Shown: positions 49,101 to 60,708 of the stretch, piece after piece
Numbering within the stretch: position 1 is the stretch's first letter
How the letters are laid out: every line of letters starts with the position of its first letter
Origin: Amphiscolops sp. MND2022
Lineage: Eukaryota
Assembly (NCBI GenBank): GCA_964187785.1
Contig: OZ076409.1
Coordinates: 1,178,001 to 1,242,000, forward strand
Direction: 5' to 3'
DNA length: 64,000 bases
Notes under the pieces: model-generated
The model's database searches: none
Seen by the model: the letters and a program-made list of their open reading frames with translations, nothing else
Told to the model about the DNA's origin: nothing
Translations under genes and position numbers: made by a program

Positions 49101-51183
49101 TTACACCAGAATTCCAAAATCTAACTCTTCCTTCTTACAAGACACAACATTACAAACAGAAAATTATTCTACTCTTAAACAACCAACTCACAACACCTCA
49201 CAGAAATCAGTTTCTGCAATAAATGTACAACCAAATTTACCATCTCTCACACACTGTCAACAAATCGTACCTTTTTATGATACACCATTTTTTAAGTACA
49301 AAAACTATTTTCAAGGTTTCTTCCTTCTCGATGATTACTCATTAGACATAAAAACTCTTCAACAACAACAATCTCAAGATCCGGTTCTTAGAACTGTTTA
49401 TTCTTGGTTATTAAACAATGAAAAACCCGAATTTGTAACACCTCTTATCACTGGTACTCCATTTCTACATGTATATTACAAAAGATTTTCACAACTTTTC
49501 ATTGACGAATCCACAAATCTTATTAGTCTATATATTACAAACCCTACTGTTAATAACCAATCCTCTACTCCAAATTTTGTACAAGACACTATTCGTATAT
49601 GCCTACCTTTCCGACTGTTTAAAACTGTCTTTAACAAACTTCATGAACACTCTCATACTGGTATGAAAATCACCTTCAATACATTCAAACAATATTACTA
49701 TATCCCATTCCTTGAAAAATGGCTTTCCATTTTTATACATGATTGTATTGAATGTCAACGAAACAAACACTTTAATATGAAAATTCAAACTGCTCCCACA
49801 CAATCTTTTTCAGAACATGCTCCATCTTTCAACTATCGAATTTCAATGGATACTAAAGGACCTATTAATCCTCCTTCTCACAACAAATCCTATATACACG
49901 TGATAATTGACGCCTTTAGTCACTTTGTTGTTACAGTACCCATCAAATCAAACAACGCAAAGACTGCTATCAAAACTCTCCTACACCATTCGATCATTAA
50001 ATTTGGACCACCCATATATCTTGTCACTGATCGTGGATCAGAATATGTTAATAAAGAAATGGCACACCTTTGCACACTTATGGGAATTCGTCATTCTCCT
50101 CGAACAGCTTATTCTCCTTGGACAAACGGCCTTGTTGACGTACAAAATAGAAATCTTGGTACCCATTTACGAATGTTCTTACATGATACACCTAAAGATT
50201 GGGCATTCCAAGTCCATTTGTACGCTTATGCACATAACTCACAACCACTTTCAGAACTCAACATTTCACCTCACGAAATTGTTTTCCACACTCGACCCAG
50301 AATACCCCTTACCTTTGATTTGAACCTTAACCGAGACACCTCTAAAACATGTATTTCACGATATTGCTCTCAACTTCCAGCACACTCCCATTATGATAAA
50401 TCCGATTTAAACCCATTTTTCTATAAAACACTTTCAAAACCCATACCACATTGGTTTCTCGCTGTAGAAACTGCTATGTTACAAATTTATTCTACAGTAT
50501 ACGAAAACACTCAACGAAAAGTCAATTCACACGCATACATTACAAAAACTTACCATGAAGGTAAACCCCTTCCTATTGGTACCTTTGTTTTAAAACGCAA
50601 TTTTACCCACGTTCACTTTTCTGACAAACTAAAACCCCTTCGGATTGGACCATATAAAATTCTTGACAGATTATCAGACGTCACATATGCACTACTTGCA
50701 CAAGATGGCTCCACAGTACACGTCCAAAGAAATCATTTAATTCCATACTATCCAAAAGAACCACTCTTATATCCACACCTGCGTAGTTTTATGCGCTTTT
50801 CAGACACAACTCAATTTCAAATTCCACAACCTACCAAATATGCAAACAGTGATTCTTCTCCTTTTAACTCTGACGAATCGTTGTCAGAAGAAGATTCCCA
50901 AACATTTGTAACACCATCATCATTTAGTACATCCAATCAGAATACACCACCTATAACATCCAATGACAGTTCTTTGACTCCCTCAACCAATGACAACTCC
51001 TTATATAGACATATAATTAATACCCCTCATACTATTATCTCTAATGACAGATCAAGACACTCCTCTAATAACCAAACCACTTCACTTCCTCCTCTAATTG
51101 ACAGAACCACAACAACTACCTATAAACTACGACAACAGCCCAAATTAGATTATAGACTTTTTATTACACCTTCACAACTGTAA
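46129..51183 (+). CDS. pol: pol: aspartic protease, RT, RNase H, integrase (1684 aa)
   Basis: LLDSGAS; LDARHLN, YIDD; VDAS...DRELL...TDHKPL; HEHSH..CIEC, SMD, TDRGSEY, GPY. The catalytic Glu position reads NGLVDVQNR. Confidence 0.95.
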   Translation: MIQQQEQTDPIKFEVHMYHPTAMANAVTPTSWFYTLYVHTPSSIVQRDNPSRLEIAFLLDSGASISVLNYPTYITLTKLLDIRPNHTSDVGPTRNSKTLTVANQTEVPILHYANVILNTTIDENSRYFSVPFAVADIKYNILGTPFFEDNIQNINIQDFTLEFKYQSTTHPNYTKFTTLLSKDYPYFSYIYRINSKTQIRLKPKSSKIAHFPIKNYHNLHFTTTPQNHFFPSVPHTYFATKFRSNFNFIEVFTDDKPDICATIIQNTSKHIATLPTGHIGYIEVPITNEKPNFFQVNDINTLIHNVTHTYHPDITEPLPQTNYIVQYDPTTPPPQFSLHQIYMTNNDIPNQTSPLYNVQPTSHTSEKRIFPSLPYTSENLKFINKFNFQFSDLTDSEYITLCNMLLKYKTCYATHKNDVGKISTPFRIRLKPNAQLMTQRPSKVPIHYRDKLNVLLIELEKYNIIKQIGSSPQDKPVYGTTYLNPLIIIPKGDTIKCVLDARHLNSNTEQSDESWPIEPLAPQLARANKKYKSAIDLMYAYAHTPLDEDTIKLTSFSSGDKLFSFIRGFYGLKGLPNFFTKQMSTFFKTLIEQGFALVYIDDILLLSDSKEHMFQLIEQLHIFSTKTNLKLAPEKSFFMLLKVKFLGHEIGYNTIKPIHSKIAAIHKIPSPTGKVALMSFIGALNFYTKFIEKLHINLKPFYDLLHENTPWKWTDERESLFQKLKMSLTSETELTIPNTKHPFFITVDASLIGLGAVLFQLNEQNKKKVISYNSRILNPQEQKLSTLDRELLGIVHALQIYEFLIIGSPHPIHIFTDHKPLLHCFTKKGNLSPRFYRAQMQLTKFSKLKIIHTPGKNLSVADMLSRSFTKAELQLNQLKHKHLPPQIDFALLQDNTLKPVHYLIKHEEILPHQKHDSHPILADYGTDQFSIRINDKGNDIVVKPLQSFSFKSITPFQTKFRTPTKKNNKTLHQQSLLLNDTDVTSDDEDHIYTRIPKSNSSFLQDTTLQTENYSTLKQPTHNTSQKSVSAINVQPNLPSLTHCQQIVPFYDTPFFKYKNYFQGFFLLDDYSLDIKTLQQQQSQDPVLRTVYSWLLNNEKPEFVTPLITGTPFLHVYYKRFSQLFIDESTNLISLYITNPTVNNQSSTPNFVQDTIRICLPFRLFKTVFNKLHEHSHTGMKITFNTFKQYYYIPFLEKWLSIFIHDCIECQRNKHFNMKIQTAPTQSFSEHAPSFNYRISMDTKGPINPPSHNKSYIHVIIDAFSHFVVTVPIKSNNAKTAIKTLLHHSIIKFGPPIYLVTDRGSEYVNKEMAHLCTLMGIRHSPRTAYSPWTNGLVDVQNRNLGTHLRMFLHDTPKDWAFQVHLYAYAHNSQPLSELNISPHEIVFHTRPRIPLTFDLNLNRDTSKTCISRYCSQLPAHSHYDKSDLNPFFYKTLSKPIPHWFLAVETAMLQIYSTVYENTQRKVNSHAYITKTYHEGKPLPIGTFVLKRNFTHVHFSDKLKPLRIGPYKILDRLSDVTYALLAQDGSTVHVQRNHLIPYYPKEPLLYPHLRSFMRFSDTTQFQIPQPTKYANSDSSPFNSDESLSEEDSQTFVTPSSFSTSNQNTPPITSNDSSLTPSTNDNSLYRHIINTPHTIISNDRSRHSSNNQTTSLPPLIDRTTTTTYKLRQQPKLDYRLFITPSQL

Positions 51184-51273
51184 TCTAGTCATTCTATCTG
51201 TTGGCTCACTCAAAACTAGTCACTCCGGTTGAATGAATGAAATATAACCCATAACAAGTTATCTCAAAGATAA

Positions 51274-52515
51274 CCTGTTGAAAACACTTCAACAACCCTG
51301 GATTCTTCCTCTGATATATCTCCATCAGCTCCAAGTATTCCTTCCCCACCTGAATCTTCAGTATCTAGCACCACAAACTCTAGTAATGTAACTCCTACTA
51401 CTCCTTCTAAAAGACCAAGATCATACATCTCTGAAACCACCTCTTCTTCACTTCTTCACAGACCACCTATAACCGAAATTCCTATAAACACTCGTCCCCA
51501 ACAAACTCCTATTAACACTCCTATTATACACATACCAAACCCTGAAAGTGTTGAACAATACGTAAATTACAAACATCCTACAGCTATCAAAACTGTTAGA
51601 CTACAACCTCAACTTAATCTAGTACAAATCCCTGACACTGAATATACAAAATTACCTTCACTGAAACTACCATCAGAACTTAGTACTACTTCTTCAAAAC
51701 TTTATCCACCACTAAAACCTCTTCGAAAACCTTCTACATCACTCTCAAATCTTTTAGACAATAATACTTCAGACTACGCTCCATCACGAGACACAAGCTC
51801 ACTTTTTGTACCTACTCATAGATATAATCTTCGTGACCTCCCTTCACGTAGACTTAGTACAGACACTTCAACACTCAATTTTTCCGCTCTTTCTAGCAAT
51901 TCTGCATTACGACTTGTAAGACAACACGCTCAACCATTGTCCTCTGACACACCATCTTCAGAACTCTTTCAATCTCCTTATTTTACTTCTGGTTTTGAAA
52001 CCGCTTCATTACTCTCATCTAACCCACAGACTGCATTTCTATCAGGAGATCTCTTTTCACAAGTAGTAATCCCTACTCCTGTTCCTGCACATATTAGACT
52101 GCCCGAATACTATACTGCAGAACACTCTAGACCTCCAACTCCAAATTTTGCTGACTATCCACTTAGAGTCGATGGTATAACCATCTACGACCCACAAAAC
52201 GATCTCCGATTTCCAATTCTTGCAGAACGTTTTATTAACAACAACGACCTCTTATCTCACAAACGCAAAGAAACAGAACTAAAACGTCTCCAGACATCAA
52301 ATCTAGAACTTAAATTTGAAGTCAAAGTTAAATTTCAAGAATTAAATCCACACCCAATATTTCACGTTTCTAAGATAGAACATAAAACCTCTCCTGCTCC
52401 TTTCGAAGTAGTACATATTGAATTTGAACGCGATCTTAATATACCCACTATCACATATGGCAACAGTGTCTTCTGTAACCCATACTTCGGTCTCAAATAT
52501 ACAACATCTTCTTAA
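51274..52515 (+). pseudogene. Ser/Thr/Pro-rich open frame (~413 codons, no ATG), probable env leader
   Basis: Stop-free by hand translation; overlaps the env signal-peptide frame near 52500. Confidence 0.55.
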
Positions 52516-55163
52516 ACCCTACATAACCTTTTACATAACAACTCTAATTCTTTATTTACATTTTTTTAACTCTACCTTTTCCATACCTATAACACCCTCT
52601 GACACAGAAAACTATCTTCCATCGGATGACCCGAATATTACAAATCTCATGGTTTCTCATTATGACTGTGCAAAACAACACAATCTGAGACAATTTAATC
52701 TACTTAATGTAAAACAATGCACTGAAGCTCCTTCCGACATTAAACATGCCAGTGTTAAAGCCCGTGTATATGTCCGAGCAAAAGCTAAACGTATCAAAGC
52801 TTTCAAATGCGTTGCTTATGCAAAGAAAGAAAGGAAAATATGCTTTCAAGGATCTGTAAAATAACGTCGTGTTGATCGAACCGTATGGAATCATAATACA
52901 TTACCGCTCCGTTACTCTTGATCCGGTAGAATGTAAAAACATTATACGCCATTTAAATGGTACAAATGATAAAATACTGAATAACCTTCAATACAACAAA
53001 ACCTTTACACTCTTAGAAGACCATTATTTTCAAGAACGTTTAGAACAATATCAAACTCCTTTCACTGTATATCAACTGAACAAAATGTATACAGGTACAT
53101 TTACATTTATGCCTGCTGATAAAAACTGGATATATGACCCTACAAAAAAACCTTATCATAACTGTCCTGCTCATCATCAATTCGAAGTTAACTTAGTTAG
53201 TTGGCGACTAGAAATTTCTGAAGTAGAACTTACATATGATGACACATCAAATGACATGATAATTGATGGACATACATTACCCTGCTACTTTGCAGATGGC
53301 TTCTGTAAACCCACTGCAAAAACTCCTTTTACTCTTGTTTGGTTTAATGATGATTATTGTCTAATTTTTACCCTACAAGACTTTATTGGACGTATGACTA
53401 AAATTGAAGATAGATATTGGATTGAAACAGACTCTTTTGTACATTCTCCACATCCAATAAAATCTAAAACTGCTTCTGGCATAAAAGGTACAGAACACCC
53501 CTATGTTTATGCCCCTCATACACAACACCCAAATAATCCAAGTCTTTCAAGATTTGAAGTTTTCCCTACAGCACACACATTTTGTGGTAAACCAGACCCT
53601 CTTTATTCTACACAATATTCAGACCTTTTTGTTACATACACTGATGGTTTCAATATGCATACAGGACAACCTAATCCTCATTCCATGATTGATGAGTATA
53701 TTTCTGGTAAAATAGTATTGGACACTTCAAATAACAAATTTGTTTTTCCTGCATTAAATGTATCAAACAATTTTGCTACCATTGATTATGATGCACATAT
53801 AAACACCAAAATCGATTATACTATTAATCATGTTTTCCGATCAATGACAGTACAAGAACTAAATACTCTTCATACAATATGTGAACTAGAACGAAATCAA
53901 CTCCTTACAATACTCGCAATGTCAGGACAAAACCCTCAACTTGCTGGATTCCTTTTAATCGGTAATAGAAGTAACTTCTTATACGTTGAAGGCTCAACCG
54001 CCTGGCTTTACGACTGTCCTCATTTTTTATCTCCTTTATACAAAGCAGATAGATGCTTTGACCGTATACCCATACATTTTAAAGATACCTTAATGTACGT
54101 TGATCCTATTACAAGACAAACTTATGATTATGCTACACCAATTACATGTGATAGTAATCCACGTAACATTATTGAACTAGATCCTGATTCAGACGATCAA
54201 GACTTTTACATTCTTGGACCTGAACCTATCAAACGCAAACCTCCACTAATGTTTACACCCTCACAAATCAAAACTACAATACGCCCTAATACTTTTACAG
54301 CCCAAGATGCTGGTATATATTCAAATGCAGAATTTGATCATTTTTGGAACCGTATTTTATTTTCTAAACATTCTGATTCTACACTCCAATTACTAGGCAA
54401 AGCTCTTAGTTATTCATTCATTTCATCTAATACTCCAAATTACGATGCAGATTCCCCTCAAGACTCTGGTAATCCTTACAATACATTACGCATAGGACTC
54501 CACGATAAACTCTTGAATTTAACTCCTCTTTTTACACCTACATGGTTTTCAGAAGCTTTTATTGCACTTTTTGGATACCCTTGTTACATTCTCACACAAT
54601 GTGGTATATACTTTTCTACATTTCTTTTCGTACAAGCTGCTCTTACGCTCATTGTGAAACTGTACAAAACAATATCTAATTAATATAATCTCAAAAATAA
54701 TATTACTTCACTTAGTTCTATAGCACATGGTTTTTTTAATGTTCTTACAGCACGAATGGTCAGTGACCTCCATGAGACTCAAAACAGAAAACCCAAAAGT
54801 ACACTTTTCAAATCCAAATCTTTAGATAATTTTATTGACACTTCTCCAAATTTAATTAACCATTCTACAGATGTTACTTCCCCTCCACCTTTCTATACTA
54901 AACGACCTAACAAAATTCAATTTCCTAAATTTAACTTCTTTCCGAAACGACACCACAATTCTCACCATAAAACGACTCCACTTCCTTTCTCTCCTGTTCA
55001 ACATCCTACACTTCCTAATTATACTCATAAAAACTTTCACTCGAATGACAATTTAACTACTCAACATGACACTTTAATTAACAACCCTGTCACTTCTACT
55101 ACGGATACACCAATTAAAATTTATTCGCGGATAAACTATCCTTTTCCTCCTCTATTTTCTTGA
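52500..55163 (+). pseudogene. env: env: class III (herpes gB/chuvirus-like) fusion glycoprotein
   Basis: Hydrophobic signal, HYDC..NVKQC..AFKC, ICELERNQL..NPQLAG, YDC..CFDRIPI..YVDPITR..TPITC, then a TM segment and tail. TAA at 52862 and 54681; frameshift near 52908. Confidence 0.8.
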
Positions 55164-55428
55164 ACACTCTCTCAGTTTTTCTCTAACTCTCTTTCAGTAC
55201 ACTTGCCTACTATTTCTTCACAATTGCTACTCCTCCACCACTTGAAACTCTTGCCGAAGTTCATCTTCCTCAGCCCAATAATACTTCTCTCATAATAACC
55301 GTCTTCAAAAACTCTTCAACTAAAGTTGACAAATCCACTCGTTAGTGTAATTTATAGTACTTTGACTTTAAAGTGCTAAGGCCTCTTGGAATAGATAACA
55401 CTGTGATTGTTGATGTTTTTAAAAAACA

Positions 55429-56757
55429 ATGACGCAAGCACAAATTGACCTACAAACACAGCTTGAACAAGCAACCCCAACAGATCTAATAACTAGACCT
55501 CTTTCAAATGATTCTCCTGTTCTCTATATTGAGACTTCAGAACAAACACCTCCAACTTTCCTTGAACCAATGGAACACACAAAAGTTGAAAATGAAAATC
55601 CAAAACCTACTCCTCCACAAGATGATACTGATCATACACAATCGGCACCACCTCCTCCCAAAAAGCGATATGAAATAATGAAAGATCCAATCTTTCTTTC
55701 ATCACCAATATATCCTCCTTCAATACCTTCAAAAATTTCACTTTGTACGAATCGCGATGATCATTTGATCTCAATTTTTTCTACTGACGATTTCGTCTTC
55801 AAAGCACAACTAACTTCTCTATATATGCATCCTACTGACTATTCATTTCGCTTATATGACAAAAATCAAGACTTCTTCACATCCATTGCTTCTAAAATAA
55901 TGGGTCCATAACAATATTGGCTCGAGAATGGAGTTAAAATTTTCTCTCTCCAATTCAATTTTCTTCGACCTTCTATATACGATCTCAAAACAGATGAATC
56001 TGATCCATCCTTTCTCTCTATAGCACAAAAAGCTACTCATCATCAGACATATACTAAATTTCTACAATACACGAAACCACAAAATCACATTTTTGTCAAT
56101 TACAAATATACATCACCGTTCACAATGACAAATATGTACACTCTGGACCACTCCTGTATAACAGGCTACCTTCGGAACTATGACCCTATAAAGCAATACT
56201 TCTGTTTGCTTCCATATAACAATACTTCACGTCCACTTATTGTACCTCAAGAATATCTCATACATTACGATGATTTTTTGTTGCCTTGCAACATTCCTAC
56301 TCAAATTGCAAAACCTCTTACTGTTATTAAACAACTCGTTTCTTCTCCACTTCACGATAAAGATAGAACGTACTATACAGCACTCTACAAACAAACGTAT
56401 TCCTACAATGAACTTCTCTTTTTCTCTGCCAAAGCTATCTCTTTCATGGTACAAGCTGAACAAAAAACTGAACATAAATCACACGCTTCACCCATAAAAA
56501 ACGCTCCTGACAAACTTTCCTCTGTAATAAACAACCGAACACTTCGCGACATAACAAATTTACTTGAACCCTATAAACGAAACTCCTCTGAAACACCTAT
56601 CACAACACTCACACATATACTACACTGCTACGACAGAACACACAAACTCCTTCAGACACTCGATTTAGACTCTCAACGCATCACTCAATCATCCCAAGCA
56701 ATCCAATCTGCTTTGGAAACTATAACTACTCTTTTTAACTCAACTAATCTTCATTAA
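55429..56757 (+). pseudogene. Accessory ORF (~442 codons, one in-frame TAA at 55909-55911)
   Basis: The 160-aa and 210-aa ORFs share a frame with no other stop between them; includes PPPPKKRY. Confidence 0.6.
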
Positions 56758-57177
56758 TGTTCTTCTACAGGTAATATAAAATTCTTAATTTTTCTTCTAT
56801 GGTACACTCTATGATACATCTGTGACACATCCTTCAAGGTATTTTCATTTTTACCTACTTCTTTAAAGTAAATTCTTGCTTTTGAATGAAATCTCAGGAC
56901 TGTTTTTTAAGTACACTAATTTTTCCTACAGTACATGTCAAAAAACTAACTATTTCTACTAAAAACACTACAATACAAGACATACAAGACAATATAGCAC
57001 AACACTAAATATGATACATTCCAGCTCCAAATTTTGTTGTACATCTTTGACTTGATATTGACATTTTTTCTTACACTTCCTCTGTTTTAGAAACATCTAT
57101 TCTTCCTCCTCCTTCATCCAAATTCTTTCAGAACATCCCAACTTCTCTTTCTTCGCATTCTTCCAACCCTCGTCATC

Positions 57178-57630
57178 ATGGCTCCAAATGCTGAAACAAA
57201 CGACATTATCACTATGACTTCAGAGTTTTCGAAAGTGCATAGTCTCAAAGCCGCCATTTTTCACACCATGGCATTCAAACTCTCGCTTGAAATTCACAAA
57301 AACAAAATTACGCCAAAATGTCTCATCGCTTTCTTAAAAGTCCTCTACAATGTCACGCAGATAAAAAAGAAAAAAATTACTTTTGAGCAATACTCGCGGA
57401 TCCATCTTCAAGGACCTAAAATTGCCATTTGCGAAACGGCCTCTAATGTTGTTTTCGTCCTAAATTCTTCCTTTACTTCAAAGGATCAGTATTTTCGTAC
57501 TGCTCTCCAAGAAGCCACTGACGCTTTTAATCATATGCTGAAAGATTTCGGGTATACTCAGAAATTAGAACTCTATGACCCGATCCAACACCAAACTCAT
57601 CCTCCATCGCAAAACTCTTTCTTTCAATAA
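57178..57630 (+). CDS. Accessory ORF, 150 aa, unknown function
   Basis: Intact ATG-TAA ORF inside the LTRs; splice-acceptor-like site at 57065-57090. Confidence 0.55.
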   Translation: MAPNAETNDIITMTSEFSKVHSLKAAIFHTMAFKLSLEIHKNKITPKCLIAFLKVLYNVTQIKKKKITFEQYSRIHLQGPKIAICETASNVVFVLNSSFTSKDQYFRTALQEATDAFNHMLKDFGYTQKLELYDPIQHQTHPPSQNSFFQ

Positions 57631-57855
57631 TCTCTATAACACAAACTTCTACTTACTTCTATTTCACTCTTCAACTGCATTTCATCTCCAAATCCTTCAT
57701 CTTTCTTCGATGATGCATTGAAATGTGGTTGCTGATCACTCCTCCCAAGAACTTCTCCTACACATGCTGACACTCTTCACTTCACCCATCCACGATGATC
57801 AACAACATCCATCTCCATTTTGGGTTCATCGACGTTGCCAAACTTTGTCCTCGTC

Positions 57856-57972
57856 ACTGGTCTTCACACCTCACGATGACTTCTTGACTGGTCTTCATAC
57901 TTCAAATGCTGACTTCTTGACTAGTCTTCACACCTCAACTGCTGACTTCTTGACTGGTCTTCATACTTCAAT
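57856..57972. repeat. Short tandem repeat, 31-33 bp period, ~3.5 copies
   Basis: ACT(G/A)GTCTTCA(C/T)AC starts at 57856, 57887, 57920 and 57953. Confidence 0.8.
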
Positions 57973-59033
57973 GGCCAATACAAATTTCAAACTGAACTGT
58001 ATAATCACTTTTAACCAATATAACCTGTAACTTATTTTAATCAAATTATAACTTTAATACAGTCTAGTGCTATATACTCTTATCTAATCTTTAGTGCTAT
58101 ATAATCTTATTTAATCTTAATCTTCTCTAATCGTAGTATAATTACCCCCATTAAAAATAATCCTTCCTAAATTCTACCTATAATTATCCTTGTAACCACA
58201 ATAATATCTAGTTCCATTGTATTGTGTATCGTACAATAACTTAATCTTATCTCATTATGTTGATACTTCTATACTACACTTTAAAAATATATCTCCAATA
58301 CCCATCTTTTACAGAACACAAGTCGTACTTACAGTACAAGAAATTTTCTAAGATTTTTGGACAAAATTTTTCTTTAACAAAACATGTTATACAACTTCGT
58401 TTTAATCCCCAAAAGCCTTCCCAACAATTTTCCAAATTTTCTTTAGAACTCTTCAAAAATGTCACTTCTAGTTTTCCAATGTTTGAAACTTGAAATAGCC
58501 AAAGTTTTTTTCAACTCTTGCTTCTGCTCTACTCTTCACTTTTGTTGAAAATGAACTCTCACTAGAACCTTGACTTTTCGAAACTTCTTCACTTTTGGTT
58601 CACATACCCGCCAATGTTGGTTCACAACTCATTGACAACTTCACGCTTTACTTCTTCAACTTGAAAAATTTTCAATGCTGACTAACTCATGTTGGTGAAA
58701 GAATTTTTCGAACAAGCCGATGGCTGATACGAAAAAGAAACATGAAATGATAAATAGTTGTCAACAATAACTTCAAAGAACTTGTCAGTCAAAGAAACTG
58801 AAAGAACTTGAACCTTGCTTGAACCTTTTTGCACCAATTGAAACGTCTATGACGTAAGAAGTCAAATCGTCTTAGGTTGTTCTCACTCCTTAAGTATGGT
58901 ACTCTATAAAACAAAACTCATGCAACTCTAGTACAACACAAATGAAACAAACCCATGCATATAACAAAAACTTCTAGAACTCCTCAAACCCAAACTGCAT
59001 ATATGTAATTTAATTTTTAAATTCCCGGTTGAT

Positions 59034-59434
59034 TGTGATGCCATGATGCATGTCCTCAAAAATTCTATAAATTTGAAATACTCTGAACTCTTAACCAAAC
59101 CAATTAGTAAATGTAATCTAATTTAGAAACTAAGAAACTTCATTTAATAGATCCTGTATCAAACTCCCCTGCTTCATCCTGTTGCTGTCACATTGTTAAT
59201 TGATGTAACCTACCCTAGTTAATAGAATGTATCTACTCGGAGAAATTGAGAATTCATCCTAGCAATCAGTCTTCCTCCCATACTCCAAGAACTGAGATCT
59301 CAGAAATAGATTGCACTCAGAACTAGCTAGCTACAAGATAAAAGATAAGACGACTCCGCTGTTAAAATCTTAGACTTCTTATGTCAGTTCTAACTCTTCT
59401 AAAAGAAACAACCACACAACTTTTTAACAGCTCA
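59034..59434 (+). repeat. 3' LTR
   Basis: Direct repeat of 41504-41904. Confidence 0.97.
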
Positions 59435-60299
59435 CAAGAATGATCTCTTGAAACAAATATAAATTACACAGAAATTTACTGCCAGCTGTCACTTGATTGG
59501 TTTTATGGTGACAGCCCAGATATATGATACATCAGGGTACCCAGGAGGTAAAGACTCAATTTCTCAAATAAACATCAAACCGCAACAAATTTTATAAACA
59601 ATTGATAAAAAAGTCCCACGGCCGAAATTTTGATTTTTTTCTTCTGAAAACAGACAAAAATTGCAAAAGTTACAACACTTGGCTTATTTTTGACTGTTTT
59701 TTGAAAGTTATCCTGCAAAAAGCTCGAGGTCAATTTTATATCTTGATTCAGATCAAAAACATTCGATTTCAGAATTTTCCTTCTAACAAAATTAGACGGG
59801 AAAAATGCAATTTTTTAACTTCTTGAAAATGTTTCAACGGGATTTCAATTGTCCTTGGCTGTTCTTTTTTGTTGAAAAAAACATTTGAAGAAGAAGTGTC
59901 AGTATGAACGAAAGAACGGTGTAAAGGCGCCAAAATTCATCTTCCCCAATAATTCCCCGATACACCAACTTTTTACTTTCATTGCATTTCATAACAAAAA
60001 GGATAATTGTATTTCTGGACTAAATCTGAAAAGCTCTGGCTCTCTGGAATTTTTTGGATGTCAAAAGCATGCCTTGAAAGAAAAAAGTGCTCTATTAAAG
60101 TTTTCACCTGTCATATTAGCTGTCTTCAGCTTTTTGGTACCAAAAATAGTTGGCATCAAAACATTATCTCGAAAAAATTGTGATCTTGCACAAATCTGAA
60201 ATAGCATTTTTTGTGTGAAAAATCACAAAAAATAAAACATTAAAAGTCCAATTCTTTTTTTTCTTTTTTTGATTTTTTGAAGACAGACTCGAAGCGACG

Positions 60300-60708
60300 A
60301 AATTTTTGTTCGGTTTGTTCAACTAAACGAATACGTGGGAAATGCATCTAAGTTATCGCAAAGGGTCCCCCTTTCAGTGTTTACTTTTTAAACGTAACAT
60401 ACAAAACCGGATGAGACCGAAGGGTCCCCCCTTTCAATTGTCTTCGGCGCTGTGAGATTTTTTTCGGAAAGTTTTTTGTCTTCAAAGGGCCCCCCTTCGA
60501 TGTTAATGATTGAAGTCCCCTCGTAATATCCGGAATTAGGCGCTATATCCGAACTTTTGACGTTATATCCGAACTACATTGCGTTTTTGTAAGGAGGAGG
60601 CGGAGGTTCAAAAACAGGAGTTTTTCATGAAAACGTCCTAAGCATATTTCAAATCTGCGCTTTTTGAGCCTTAGATATAGCGCCAACTTGAGACGTTCCC
60701 GTCTTGTC
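60300..60708 (+). repeat. Dispersed repeat (Helentron-like family)
   Basis: GGGTCCCCCTT units; ends TTAGATATAGCGCCAACTTGAGACGTTCCCGTCTTGT with a terminal hairpin. Confidence 0.5.

Larger units (their letters stand above)
41504..59434 (+). mobile_element. Giant (17,931 bp) env-bearing Ty3/Gypsy element
   Basis: 401-bp TG...CA LTRs at 41504-41904 and 59034-59434 (2 mismatches seen); TSD CAAG at 41500-41503 and 59435-59438; PR-RT-RH-IN order. Confidence 0.97.

Noticed and set aside
45670..55911. All five internal stops in the giant element are TAA, hinting at recoding
   Set aside because: TAA is the most mutationally accessible stop in G-poor DNA, true ORF ends also use TAA, and frameshifts show ordinary decay.
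57856..57972. CRISPR-like array
   Set aside because: Eukaryotic context and no unique spacers.
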